64,000 bases of DNA from contig OZ193909.1 of assembly GCA_964276515.1 (NCBI GenBank), forward strand, positions 5,580,001 through 5,644,000, written 5' to 3'. Position numbers and translations under genes: made by a program. Positions 1-12,579 of the stretch are shown piece after piece. This stretch comes from Gordius albopunctatus. Taxonomy: Eukaryota. The notes below the pieces were generated by a model, which was given only the letters and a program-made list of their open reading frames with translations, made no database searches and was not told the origin of the DNA. Each line of letters begins with the position of its first letter. Position 1 is the stretch's first letter.

Positions 1-600
1 GATGGGGGGGGGGGTGTGTTTTGCCCCGCCCCCCTAATTTTTTACCCTCTTTCAGATGCGGAGGAGAGGGTGGCATTCCCCCCTCCCCCAGCCTTATTTT
101 TTACCCTCTTTCTCACCAGAGGGGAGGGGGGGGCAGGTGGGGTGTTTTGCCCCCCCCCCTATTTTTTACCCTCTTTCTAACTAGAGTGGGGAGGGGCAGG
201 AGGGTGTTTTGCCCCCCCCCCCTAATTTTTATCCCTCTTTCTGATGCGGGGGGGGGGGGCAGGGGGGTGTTTTGCTCCCCCCCCCTAATGTTTATTCTCT
301 TTCTCACCCGTAGATGGGGGGGGTGTGTTTTGCCCCGCCCCCCCCTAATTTTTTACCCTCTTTCTGATGCGGAGGAGAGGGGGGCATTCCCCCCCTCCCC
401 TAGCCTTATTTTTTACCCTCTTTCTCATTCGGGTAGGAGGGTGTTTTGACCGCCCCCCCTGTATTTTTTACCCTCTTTCTGATGCGGGGGAGAGGGGGGC
501 AGGGGGTGTTTTGCCCGCCCCCTTATTTTTCACCGTCTTTTTTACCCGGGGAGGGGGGTAGGTAATTTGGCCCCTGCCCCTTTTTTTATCATTTTAAATG
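1..600 (+). repeat. G/C-homopolymer-rich minisatellite, ~60-bp unit
   Basis: Repeated TTTTACCCTCTTTCT motif about every 60 nt with long G and C runs. Confidence 0.9.
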
Positions 601-1749
601 ACAATAAATAGAAAACGATTATAAAGTGAGATTTATCTATTTATTCGAGAGCAGATTTTGAATTCGATAATTCAATTCAAAATTAATATTTAAAAAATTT
701 TTATTCTAAATTAGTGACAGCTAACAGATCCCCCTCTAAATATTCCCGGCATTTTTATTAAAATAATCAATAGCAATAATTTCGAATATATTTTGAATTC
801 CTCGCCTCTTGTAAAACATAAAGACTTGTTAATTATATAATGTATCTTTTATTTTATATTTGTAGCATTTTAAATTAATTGTATTAATTAAATTCATATT
901 ATTAAGCTATATTTTTAATATCAGAGAACTATCACCACCCCCATGTACTAATCCATCCTCTCTCTCTCCCTTCTCTCGTTGCAATGTGCTTGTGCAATAG
1001 CAGATTTTAACCTATCAGATTTAAGTTAAGTACTATACTAAATATATAAATCATGGCACAAAAAGGCGGCATGGTGGGGCGTGGGCTGGCTAGGCTAACG
1101 TATAACATGACTAATAAAATTGTTACGATTTCGACTCTAACTCTAGCTCTACTATGGATATGGATGAAAATGAAAGTGATGCTTTTTCTTATGTTTATGT
1201 CAAGGTCAAGTCAACTACTAATTAAGTCATAAGCAATTAGAAAATTATGTTTTTTATTAAATAATAAGCAATAATTTAAATTAAGATGCATAACTCATTT
1301 TTGTTACTCAGAAAAGTCCTATATTTTTATGATCCTTATAAGCATTGTAAACGCGACGCGAGGTCTAAGTCAACAGTACATAGAGTGTTGGTGTCTTGTG
1401 AAAGCATAGTAATTAATAGCATGATATGCTTTTTGCAAATACCTTAGGTGTTTCCATTAAATGCCCAACAGTAAAACTTACTTACCCATGATGGCAAATT
1501 TTTTTAAATTGGTAAAACTTCATATAAATATTTTTATTTAATAATACAGCTTATTTCTTAAATGAAGTTAAATTAAAAAAACTGATTTTAATTGATATGG
1601 TATATTAAGACAATTGTTGACACCAAATCTTCAAAAATATTTTTTCTAATATAAGACTATTTTCAAAAAAAATATTAACAGAAAATGTTGATTATGACAT
1701 TAGTCACCACTGTAACCGCAAAAATTCACAAAAATATTTTGAAAGGGTT

Positions 1750-2940
1750 AAAAAGGGCTTTCCGGCCCCCCCGGGTGAGAAAGAGGGTAAAAAATAAGAA
1801 GAGGGGTGAATCACCCCTCTCCCCGGCATCAGAAAGAGGGTAAAAAAGTATGTGGGGGGGGGGGAACACACTACCTCACTCCCCTGGAGAGAAAGAGGAT
1901 AAAAAATAAGGGGGGGGGGAAACACCCCACCTGCCCCCCCCTCTTCCCTCGCATCAGAAAGAGGATAAAAAATTAGCCCTGCCCCCCCTCTCCCCCCGCA
2001 TCAGAAATAGGGTAAAAAATAGGGGGGGGGGCAAAACACCCCCCATGCCCCTCCCCACTCTAGTTAGAAAGAGGATAAAAAATTTGGGGGGGGGACAAAA
2101 CACCCCCCATGCCCCTCCCCACTCTAGTTAGAAAGAGGGTAAAAAATAGAGGGGGGGGGCAAAACACCCCCATGTCCCTCCCCACTCTAGTTAGAAAGAG
2201 AATAAAAAATTAGGGGGGGGGGGGACAAAACACCCCCCATGCCCCCCCCCCCTCTTCCCTCGCATCAGAAAGAGGATAAAAAATTAGCCCTGCCCCCCCT
2301 CTCCCTCCGCATCAGAAATAGGGTAAAAAATAAGGGGGGGGGGGCAAAACACCCCCCATGCCCCCCCCTCTTCCCCCGCATCCGAAAAAGGGTAAAAATT
2401 AGGGGGTCAAAACAACCCACCTGCCCCCTTCCTCTCCTCCCGCATCAGAAAGAGGGTAAAAAATTAGGGGGGGGGGCAAAACACCCCACCTGCCCCCTTC
2501 CTCTTCTCCCGCATCAGGATGAGGGTAAAAAATTAGGGGGGGAAACACCCTCCATGCCCCCCCCCCTTCTCCCCTCTGGTGAGAAAGAGGATAAAAAAGT
2601 AGGTGGGGGGGGGGGAACACACTACCTCACTCCCCTGGTGAGAAAGAGGATAAAAAATTAGGGGGGGGGACAAAGCACCCCACCTGCCCCCCCCCCTCTC
2701 CCCCGCATCAGAAAGAGGGTAAAAAATAATAGGGGGGGGGGGGGGCAAACACCCCACCTGCCCCCTTCCTCTTCTCCCGCATCAGGATGAGGGTAAAAAA
2801 TTAGGGGGGGGGACAAAGCACCCCACCTGCCCCCCCCCCTCTCCCCCGCATCAGAAAGAGGGTAAAAAATAATAGGGGGGGGGGGCAAACACCCCACCTG
2901 CCCGCCGTTCCTCCCCAGGTGAGAAAGAGGGTAAAAAATA
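1750..2940 (-). repeat. Same minisatellite in inverted orientation (~20 units)
   Basis: Repeated AGAAAGAGGGTAAAAAA / GGGGGGGGGCAAAACACCCC motif. Confidence 0.9.
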
Positions 2941-3164
2941 AAAAAAATTTCATAAATAAAACATATTCTATAATGCATAATAATAATTAACTATAATTTA
3001 CTAGAGATTCGATTATAATACTTTTTACTATGACGTCACAATGGGAAAAGTTTCCAATCAGTGACGTCATGATACATCTATTTTTATTTTCTTAAATTAA
3101 AAAGTTCATTACCTAAATCTAAATACAGCAAATATGATAACAATACAAACAAATTGATATATTT

Positions 3165-3438
3165 GCATGCCCAACCCAAAACGACCGAGAAGACCAAACC
3201 AAAAGGTTAAATATATTATCCACCCAAACCCTTTAGGTGTTTAATCCACCCAAACAAAGCTTAATGCCAAAGGTGGCCCACAAAAATTCACCCAAAACGC
3301 TTTGGGTGTTTTTTACGAAAACGCCAAAGCCCTCCCAAGAAAATTCACCTAACACTGAAAAGGCTGGGTGGAAAAAAACGCCAACAACTAAGGTTAGCAA
3401 TACGCTGGGAAAAACCAGCCAGCCGTTTTAAACAAATA
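3165..3438 (-). mobile_element. Degenerate terminal region of a hAT-like element
   Basis: CCAAA-rich subterminal pattern loosely resembles the reverse complement of 57420-57700. Ends TTTTAAACAAATA (cf. TTTTACAACACTA). Confidence 0.3.
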
Positions 3439-3713
3439 TTTATTAAGGAAAAGTGCGTTTTTTTAGTTTGCTATTACTCTAATAACTTAAAGGATAACAA
3501 ATCAGTTACACAATAATATGTTAACGCGTCTTATGAAATGAGTTTTATTATAAGGTTTAAATAACTTATGACCGCACAAAATAGTGTCAATTCTCAATTA
3601 CATACTTAAATGTTGTACACATCTATAATTTAGTCTCTTAGGTTTTACCTATATATACAGGCTTGTGTTGCTATTAAATTCGATTCGCCTTTCAAAATAT
3701 TAAACCATCTAAT

Positions 3714-3877
3714 CATGGAAGTAGCCCTGACAGGATTTAGAGGTGGCAATAAGGAATAAGGGAGGGGCAAAATTATAATTTTTAGTAATTTTAGCCATGA
3801 TTATATTAAATTTTGGCGAATTTTTGGATTTAGAGGAGTGAAGCCGTCCCTTCTGTCACCCTCTGGCTGCGCCCATG
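3714..3877. mobile_element. MITE, CATGGGCGTAGCC-TIR family (hAT-like, 8-bp TSD)
   Basis: CATGGAAGTAGCC...GGCTGCGCCCATG, flanked by CATCTAAT / CATCTAAA (7/8). Confidence 0.75.
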
Positions 3878-5010
3878 CATCTAAATTAGTATTTTTTAAT
3901 TTTTTAACCTGGTCAAAAATAATGTGGATCTATCCAATTTTAACGGGGTTATTTATCATATGAAGAGATGAGGTTCATGTAACAATGGCATATACAAGGC
4001 AATCATGTTAATACACATAATGAACTATACATCTTTTTTGGTTGGTGTTGTAATGGTAAACACAAAATTATATTTAAAAAATGTAAGAAAATTATTAATA
4101 GAATAAGGAGATCTTATTGGGAAAATGGTCAAAATAGGTTATAAAACCCTCCCCATCGAATTTATTGAACGTTTTATTCAAATAATATAATTCTTAAATT
4201 TGGACCCCCTGCCTATCCTACTACATAACACCCCTATACGCCGCATTGCATCGGGCTCTTCACTTTAGCCTAGGTTACGATTTGGTCTAAGATTAATATA
4301 TAAGTTTGCCTTTATTTAAAAATGGTGGATATTTGAAGCCACTATTTAATAGTATAGCTTTTAACAATGTAAAGATGAACCTCTCCTTTAAAAAATTATT
4401 TTAATGGACCTTATATTACCTAAAACCTTCAACTAAAAGATACACTCATAAAATTGGTCCAAATCTTGATATATTTAAACGTCCACAAGCTGAAGTTCCT
4501 TGCTTCATAAGAAAGAATTTTATATCAATAAAGATTTCTATATTGCACTTAAACAGGAAAATGATATTTTTGCCCATTCCATAAATGCATTATTAATGAG
4601 CGCCTGCACTATAGATTTGATTAAACAAGGAAATCAAAATTATATTCATTATATCATCCCTAAGATTTATATTTAATAATTAATGCTCATTAAATTATTT
4701 ATCGAAATTAGACATGTGTGTAATGGTGTATAAAAACAACCTTATGAGAATTTCGTTCATTAGGTTTAGCAAATAATCAATAAAATTAAATTATTTGCCT
4801 TAAAGTTAGTTAGAAAATAACTATTTTTGTAAGACAAATTTTTAGGGAATATTCATTATAGTAAAAAGGGAAAAACAATAAGCCTATTCGGCAAAAGCAA
4901 CGTCTAGTTTTAAAATAATGCAAATATTACAATGAAAATTCTTAATTTTTTATACTTAGTGTAGCGATATCCATTTAACAAAGGAACCATGTGTTTTTAT
5001 AGTATAACTA

Positions 5011-5216
5011 CTAGCTGTGCCCCGGCAAGCTTTGCTTTGGCTCAGTCCTTAAGTGGTTAAATAAGTATAACCTATCAATAAGACTTATCTAAAATGGGGT
5101 CGTATATGAAATGATAATTCAAATAAATAAAATATCCATAATATTTATTTAGAGCACGAATTTTATCACGTCATGGATTTTATGAACCCACTATTTTTAG
5201 TATATATATAATAAGA
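5011..5216 (-). mobile_element. Possible short non-autonomous Helitron
   Basis: Minus strand starts TCTTATTATATATATA and ends with GC-rich ..AAGCTTGCCGGGGCACAGCTAG followed by T. The 5' flank is not the canonical A. Confidence 0.4.
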
Positions 5217-7396
5217 CAAACCAAATGCGAATTCTGTTTTAGTCATCAAATCCCACTAAAATTAAATGTTTTTGAAAAAATTGCGGATCAATGCTGTTAC
5301 TTATTATACAATAATACCATTATTTTATTTTTCTAGTTAGCTGATTTATTTGATATACAATTTTCTTTAATAAAATAAAATAATTAATTGAAGGATGGAT
5401 AATTATTAAAAATATGCTTCTATGATCGACCACGTGATAATAATTTAAATATTATTTATTTAATTTAAATAGTTGATTAAACCCCAATGATTTTGACCGT
5501 ATACTGTAACATTTTTATTATACTTTTAAATATCTAATTCGAGAAAACTTCAACCTTGTATGTATGACGTCATTATTGTATATGCTGCTGTAAATTAAAC
5601 TGGCCGGGAAATGTCCGATATTTTGCCAGTAACTATTTTTTAAGCAAGAAAATGGGGAGAATAGTTTTGGAAAGGAAATTTTTAAATGGCTTTTGTTTGT
5701 CACGAAATGCATTTTATGTTAAAAATATTAGCACCTACCCTTCCCATTATAATTCTGAATATTTTATGATTTTGTATTATTTTGGCTTCTTTTATCGAAA
5801 TGGTGACAAAATATAAACTTAAAACGGCTATATTTTTTTGGCTATAAATAAAATTTTCAGTGTATAATATTTATTCAAGTTAATTGTAAAAATACAAAAG
5901 GGAATCGTTTTTTCGAATAACCTGCGATTAATATATCTCAGCTTATTATTAAATTAAGGAAAAAAAACGAAACGATGTAAAATATGCAAGCAAAAAATAA
6001 ATCCTATTTCATTGTCAAAATCTTCTAAAGCAAATATTTAAAGGCAGGCACGCCGGCCGGCCTGCTGGGCAGTGGGCTGGGCATTTTTTCCTTTAACAAA
6101 CGAGTCTCAGAAATTGACCTTAATAGTATATTTACTATTATGACATAACTAAATAAATCTCCCCACACTTGATTCCACTAACGGTCTGCACGGATAGCTC
6201 ATTACTTATCGACATGTTCATAAGAATCAGGTCGAAGTATTGACTTTTTTAGTTATTTAAACGCTTCTAGACCCATTTAAAATTTATGCCCGAGATTTTA
6301 CGAAACATATCTACCGTTTATCCAGGGATATTTTATATTTCTTATTCTATTTATTCTAATTTATCATATAATCAGGTATTAATTATAGAATTTAATATAT
6401 GTAAATTTTGTTTGATGATTAGATAATTTTGTGTAATTTTTTAATTTTAAGCCGACCATGCATTATTTACATAAATATTCAGGCGGGCCAAGCCAAATCA
6501 AAGTGAAATATTGGATTGGGAAAAATTAAAACAATTTTTGGGCCGGACTGGGTTTGGACTTAAAATGTATGCATTTGGTGACCTCTTACTTTATGATTTG
6601 ATTATAAATAAGCATAGTCAGTAAAAACATTTAGACCAAAGAGCACATTCTTGAGAATAAAAAAACATGTATAAACTAAGAAATTTGATTTAATAAAAAT
6701 AATTAATTTTTCTGCTAATAACATTTTAAACAGTAATATTTAAAGGAAATGAAACTTGAACTCTTCCTTTTGAGAAAGTTGGAAATTATGATTAGTTCCT
6801 TTTCGAAAAAATAATGAACTTAATCTAGTTACTTTTTTTGATGCACTTAACAACTCTATGTTATTGGGGAAGTTTAAGTGAGGATAGAGATTACTGAGAA
6901 AATTGAGTTCTGATATTAGATAGTATATTTTTATAAAAGAATTTCAAAATATAACTAAGATAATGATTCTATTTTTTGAGTTAGCAGAGCTTTAATTTAT
7001 AACGTGCTTCATAATGCCAGACTGATAGACTATTTCGACTCCCTAGTCAAAGCAAGATTGGAAATTGATTGTTTAATTTATCATGAGAGATATTATTTTA
7101 TCAAAATTCCATTTATTTAAAAAATTTAAATATAATGTAAAAATTTCTATTATATACGCCTAAATCAAATGTTTTATATTTAATTATAAAGATGTCTGGT
7201 TTATATTACCTTTTGATAACTAAATAGCGGTCTATTACACTTTTTAAAGCTGTCAGGCAGTCTATTTGGTATATGGTCAATCCTGATACATGCCTTTTAA
7301 TAAATAACTCAGCATACATTAAGAGTATGAGTAGAAATCGGCATCAATCATCGACACATTTAAGTGTTCGTTATAGAAAAATTGATTAATAATTAT

Positions 7397-8530
7397 TAGT
7401 GCTGTAAACATTTGTAAAAAAATCGAACGCGTTCAACGTTCATTGACAAAAATCGAACGCGTTCACGTTCGTTTAAAACAAAAAGGAACGCGTTCACGTT
7501 CCTTAAAAATTTTATGATAATTTTTTTAAAATTTAATTTAATATAAATAAATGTCTTATATTTTTTAATACAATAAATACCCATGATAAAAAATAATAGT
7601 TTTATTTCGACAATATAATTATAAATCAATATAATCTATTTTCTTATTGATTTTTAATAATAATTGTTTTTCAAAATTGTTGTCTGATAAGCAGGAACGC
7701 TTGGCAGTTAATACAGTATTAGGTATACTAAAAAACCGCTCCACAGGGGCAGATGAGGAGATTGGAGTATTATAATTAATAAACAAATTTTTTAAAGGAG
7801 GAAATTTATTAAAAAAATTTAATGTTTTGTCCCTCGCTTCAAAAAATTGCGACAAGATATCATCCGCCATCTACTTCCTCGTCAAAAAATGATATCTCGG
7901 AATTGACAGCTCTTTCATTATCAATTCTAGGGGTTTCAACCCCTTTTTCAATAAAACTAAAAGTTTGTTCTCTAAAGGTTCATTTTCCCGAAGTTTAATC
8001 CAAGGCCACCTTGATACAGAGAGAATACTTTTGGGACACATTTTATATTTGGTAATTATTGAATTCGATCCTTTATATGAAACGAGTGAAAAATATTTTT
8101 CATATTTAGGCCATGGCAATTTCAATTCATCTGCTGATTTTGAATATTCAGAATCTGAAGATGACGACGATATAATATTATGATTGTCCATATTAACCTA
8201 TAAATTAAAATATAATTAATAATATTAGATTAATTAACTTTAATCTTATCTTCTTTTGCACGTTATAGTATGTTAAAAGTATTTCGGAATTGGTAATAGG
8301 AAACAGGAAAAACAGCTGATTTAAAAATATAAGACTTTTTTGTTAAAAATTCGGATTAAAATTAATTTTCAAATAAATAAAAATAAAAGAGGGTTTTTAA
8401 AATTGAACGAACGTTAAATTCGAACGCGTTCATCAAAAAAAGGAACGCGTTCACGTTCACAGTTCACCAAATAATAAAAGAACGCGTTTCGTGAACGCGT
8501 TTAATTTGAACGCGTTCATTTACAGCACTA
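7397..8530 (-). mobile_element. Internally deleted hAT DNA transposon
   Basis: TIR TAGTGCTGTAAA / TTTACAGCACTA; perfect 8-bp TSD ATAATTAT (7389-96, 8531-38); palindromic GAACGCGTTC subterminal repeats at both ends. Confidence 0.92.
7619..8191 (-). pseudogene. hAT transposase remnant (BED-like N-terminus joined to C-terminal dimerisation domain; catalytic core deleted)
   Basis: ORF 7619-7870 FPPLKNLFINYNTPISSSAPVERFFS..KRSCLSDNNFEKQLLLK is a typical hAT C-terminus. ORF 7871-8191 PWPKYEKYF..KMCP resembles a decayed BED region. Confidence 0.8.
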
Positions 8531-8597
8531 ATAATTATAAATAATTTAAAATTTTTACATGACACGGCATGTGCATTTATAAAAATGTGCCTACATT

Positions 8598-8760
8598 CAT
8601 GGGCCTATCTAACATTAAAATTAGAGTGGGGCAATAATGATTTAGAGAGGGGCAAAATCATCATTTTTCGAAATTTTAGCCATAATTTTAATAAATTTCA
8701 ACAAATTTTTGGATTTAGAGGGAGGCAGCCGCCCCTCCCTGCCCCCCGGCTAAGCCCATG
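8598..8760. mobile_element. MITE, CATGGGCGTAGCC-TIR family (decayed)
   Basis: CATGGGCC...GGCTAAGCCCATG; interior similar to the 3714 and 25438 copies; no TSD retained. Confidence 0.7.
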
Positions 8761-9129
8761 TTTAAATGTTGTATACATTTGTAAGGTAAAATCAAATGTT
8801 GCTGTAACTAAATTGCTAGCACAATTTTAAAAGATGTCTCAAATTCAATTAGTGTTGTCAATTAATATAAACGTGAGTGGTTGTAAAAATTTTTAGGACA
8901 CCGACCGAAAAGTGTTTGTCAAGCATATAAAACCCATTAGGACTTAAGAACATTTTAGATCATAAAATTGTAATACATCTAACCTTTAACTTTTTTCAAT
9001 TGTATTAATTTTCAAATGCCCCTGTTAGGGCACGTACGCAAATCGGCCGCCTCAATTAATATTAACCTCTTTGCTAGATATCTCTCCGAGTTTCGTGATA
9101 TAAAGGACAAAATACATATAAACTCACCT

Positions 9130-9346
9130 CATGGGCGTAGCCAGCTTTCGGATCAGGGGGGGGCGAGCAAAAAAAATCGCCGAGACTAAGTGAGAGCAAA
9201 AAAAAAAAAAAAAAAGAACTAACACAAACGCAACAGGGGGGGGCGAAACACTAATTTTTTCCAATTTTTACATATATTTACATTAAAAAATAGAAAAATT
9301 CTCATTCAGGGGGGGGCGGCCGCCCCCCCCCCTGCCTACGCCCATG
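9130..9346. mobile_element. MITE, CATGGGCGTAG TIR, young copy
   Basis: CATGGGCGTAG...CTACGCCCATG with perfect TSD ACTCACCT (9122-29, 9347-54). Confidence 0.9.
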
Positions 9347-11239
9347 ACTCACCTCAAACTAATTGAGGTTGTCGTGTAGCCTATATTTAATCATCGCGGT
9401 TTAATAATTTCAACGAGGAAAGAGTCATGATAAGAAACCTGTGTTTGATTCTGTTTATAGGAAGAACCATGGTCAAGGATATTAAGTTCTTTGCAGTAGG
9501 TACACTCAATACATAGAATTTTTAATAGTAATCATTTTAAAACTTAAATCCTAAATTGTAATGTTTTATAATCTATTTAAACTAACCTAACTTAACTCTG
9601 TGTTCACCCATATTGAATCACTAATTGGCTTTAAGCCCAAACTGCAAGACTTTGAGGTCTAATATATGTCTAAATATTTGTGTGTAGATATCTTTGTTAT
9701 CTCAGTTATGGTAACTAAATTCTTAACATCGGTGACGCACTTATCGTACCTGAGCTCAACAAAACAGGAGCAGCCCAATTCCTCAGTTTTAACAAACAAT
9801 TTTTAATTGGATATTATCTTCAACCGTTTACAAAACTATATCGATTCTATAGTTTATATATGTTTAGTTTATAACTTTTTAGGATAAGAATTTAAAATAT
9901 TTTTCAAATGATTGGGTTTAATAAAACCATTAAGTATGCAGATTAGGGACAAGAACGTGACAATTTTATGGAATTTTACGGTATATATAAAATGAACCGG
10001 GTTGGGCTGCGTTCAGGATAACAATTTTAGCGTTGGGTTGGTATTGATTATATCAATTTCATCGTGTTTATTATAAAATCCATTACTTTTAAACTATGTT
10101 ATAAATAAAAAAAGGCCTGCCAAATAATATGTCCTCCCTCGTACATCATAATTGAACGTTGTTCCATTAAGGTATTAATAATGTGACGGAAACCACATTA
10201 CACTTCACGTTTAGGAAGTTCTAACTTTCACTCCGGCGCAATTATTAATATATAATAACTGCTTTCATTTTTTAAATTAAATCTACTGTAAAACATCAAT
10301 ACCTATCAATTATTATCGATAAAAGCGTCGAGTGATCGATTTTTTGATTTATATTTGACTCAATCATAAAATGAATGTCATTCGCAAAATATTTGTACAT
10401 AGATAATGCATTTACTTCGTCTCATAGTCAGGTAGATTATTTTTTATGCGAAGTTGATATTTATCCCAATAAAGCCATATAATTTTGATTGTAGGTAGAT
10501 TAAAATAATGTGTAACTTACACAATATACACTTTCTCACTTAATTTAATTGATCTGCTATATAAATCAACCTAGTGAGACTTAAATCTTAATACAATGAT
10601 TCGTTATTAAATCAAACAATTTTAATATACAGTTCCTGTTATCTTGACTGTTGCAAAAATTACAATTAATTTTTAGTTATTGGTTTTTTTATGCGTAAAT
10701 CTAGCTTTAGTGCGAAGATTAAAAACTATATTCATATTAAAAAATAAAATTTAAATTATAGTTTTTAATTAGGACTCCGTTGTAGGTAAGTAGACAGCGC
10801 AGAGATGAGTTATGATGATTTGAGGCATTAATCATCGCCTTGCCAACAAAATAATAATTAATTACGAGATGGGTATTGAGATAAGAATAACCATGTGTTG
10901 CAAAACTCATCTTGTTTTTCAATTACTATTCAAAAAAAATCTCAATAAACCTTTCAATTATTTCGTAAATATACATAAGCCTCAAATGGGCAAAGTCTTA
11001 ATTGATTAGTAGTTCAATTCTATCATTGTTTGCTATATTTACGTTTTGAAAAATATTTTTCGTGAACAACGTGTTTAATACAACTCTACCCAAGATTTTA
11101 TATTGTTCATATCCCAATTATCTTGTTGCTTTGGGATGCTAATATTTATAAGGTTATCACATTAGAATAATTTATAGATATTTTCTTATATTAATATTTC
11201 ATTAAAACTTTAAATAAGTGCCTTTAAAAATTGTACGTT

Positions 11240-11507
11240 CTAACACATTTCGAAAAGATTTGTTTTATTAAGGCTTATATTGATTATCTCCTCATTTAAA
11301 CAATATTTAATCTTTTAAAGCTCACAAGAAATTAGTTGTTTAACAAAAAGGCCTTAATCCCACGCGTTGATATCTTCTATATAACGCTATAATAACACAT
11401 TTTGAAACAAGTTGCTTTATTGAGCCTTTTATTGATTATCTTCTCATAAACTATATTTAATCTTTTAAAGTCCACAAGTAATTACTTGTTATAAAAAGGC
11501 CTTAATA
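11240..11507. repeat. Diverged direct duplication (~120 bp, period ~150)
   Basis: TAACACATTT..TATTGATTATCT..TATTTAATCTTTTAAAG..AAAAAGGCCTTAAT occurs twice. Confidence 0.75.
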
Positions 11508-12579
11508 ATAAAAATCTGCAAAAAAAGATCTTCTTTAGGGGTAGCAAACACTGAGGGTGGGGGGGGGGCAGAATCCTAAATAATTATCAAGTTTTTGACT
11601 TTAATAGTATGTATTATAAAATAGATAAAAGGTCGACTGTTTCACCTTATCTTTAGCATTTTGCAGATAAGATCACATTTTCAGTTTCAGTATTAGGGAA
11701 ATTTAATAATACCAGATTCGACTCAACCCAAACGCAATATTGTATTATATTTTTAAACTTTACCGGGTGTGCGATATAGGACCGTATGTTAGGTTGTCTC
11801 AAATATTTGCTCATAGTACTAGTTTTTGCGTTATCCAACCTAAGATAATATGTTTAACATCAGTCTATTATAAGTTTCTAAAATTAAAATCTTTTATTTT
11901 GTTCCCCATTTAAACTTTTTATCTATTAATCACGGTTCTTGTTGGTTTATGGAAAGATAAAAAACCATTAGATTATTTAATAGTTAATTAAATTTATCCC
12001 ATGAAATCCCTAAAAATTTAAAATCTCCATCTTGTTGTTGAGAAAAGCTAAAAAATAATTGTTCTAAACTAATTCCTTAAATGTTTTCAATAATCTGAAA
12101 CGGTATTTAAATGCCCCAAATAATGCCTTTTTGAAAAATTATATTTCTGCAATGTGCAGATATTAGCATACGCTTACCGAAATTCATTAATTGTTAAATG
12201 TCATAATAAAAGCCTTGTCCTAAGTTAAAATTGTAACCCATATTCTTTATTTCATATTAGTAGCGGTCATCTATAGGTATTGTGTTTTAGTTAACGTATA
12301 AATTTATTATTTTTGGTATAAATAATTTTCACATAACACATTCATTTTCAAGATATTAATAAAATACATTTTCCAGATGTCATTTACTAAAAAGTTAAAT
12401 CTCTATATCGCAGATTTTACCATTAAATTGATTAAATCATGTTTTTCAATTTAAAATAATTATAACACTCACGACATTTTGTTATATGACGCTTTTTAAT
12501 AATTTGGAAATAAAGTGTATTTTATGCATTTAGGTTTTAAAATAACCAGTCCCCCATTAAAAAACAATAAATTAAGGGT

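Larger units (their letters stand above)
1..3080. mobile_element. Foldback-like element: two inverted arms of ~60-bp tandem repeats flanking a ~1.1 kb AT-rich spacer (left arm cut by window start)
   Basis: Unit TTTTACCCTCTTTCTGATGCGGGG..GGGGTGTTTTGCCCCCCCC at 1-~600 recurs as its reverse complement at ~1736-2940. The inner junctions (~530-600 vs ~1736-1800) also mirror each other. Putative outer end near 3080 (..GTGACGTCATGATACATCTA). Confidence 0.65.

Noticed and set aside
21..2978. Pro/Gly-rich ORFs in the ORF track
   Set aside because: Translations of the G/C minisatellite, open in several frames on both strands.
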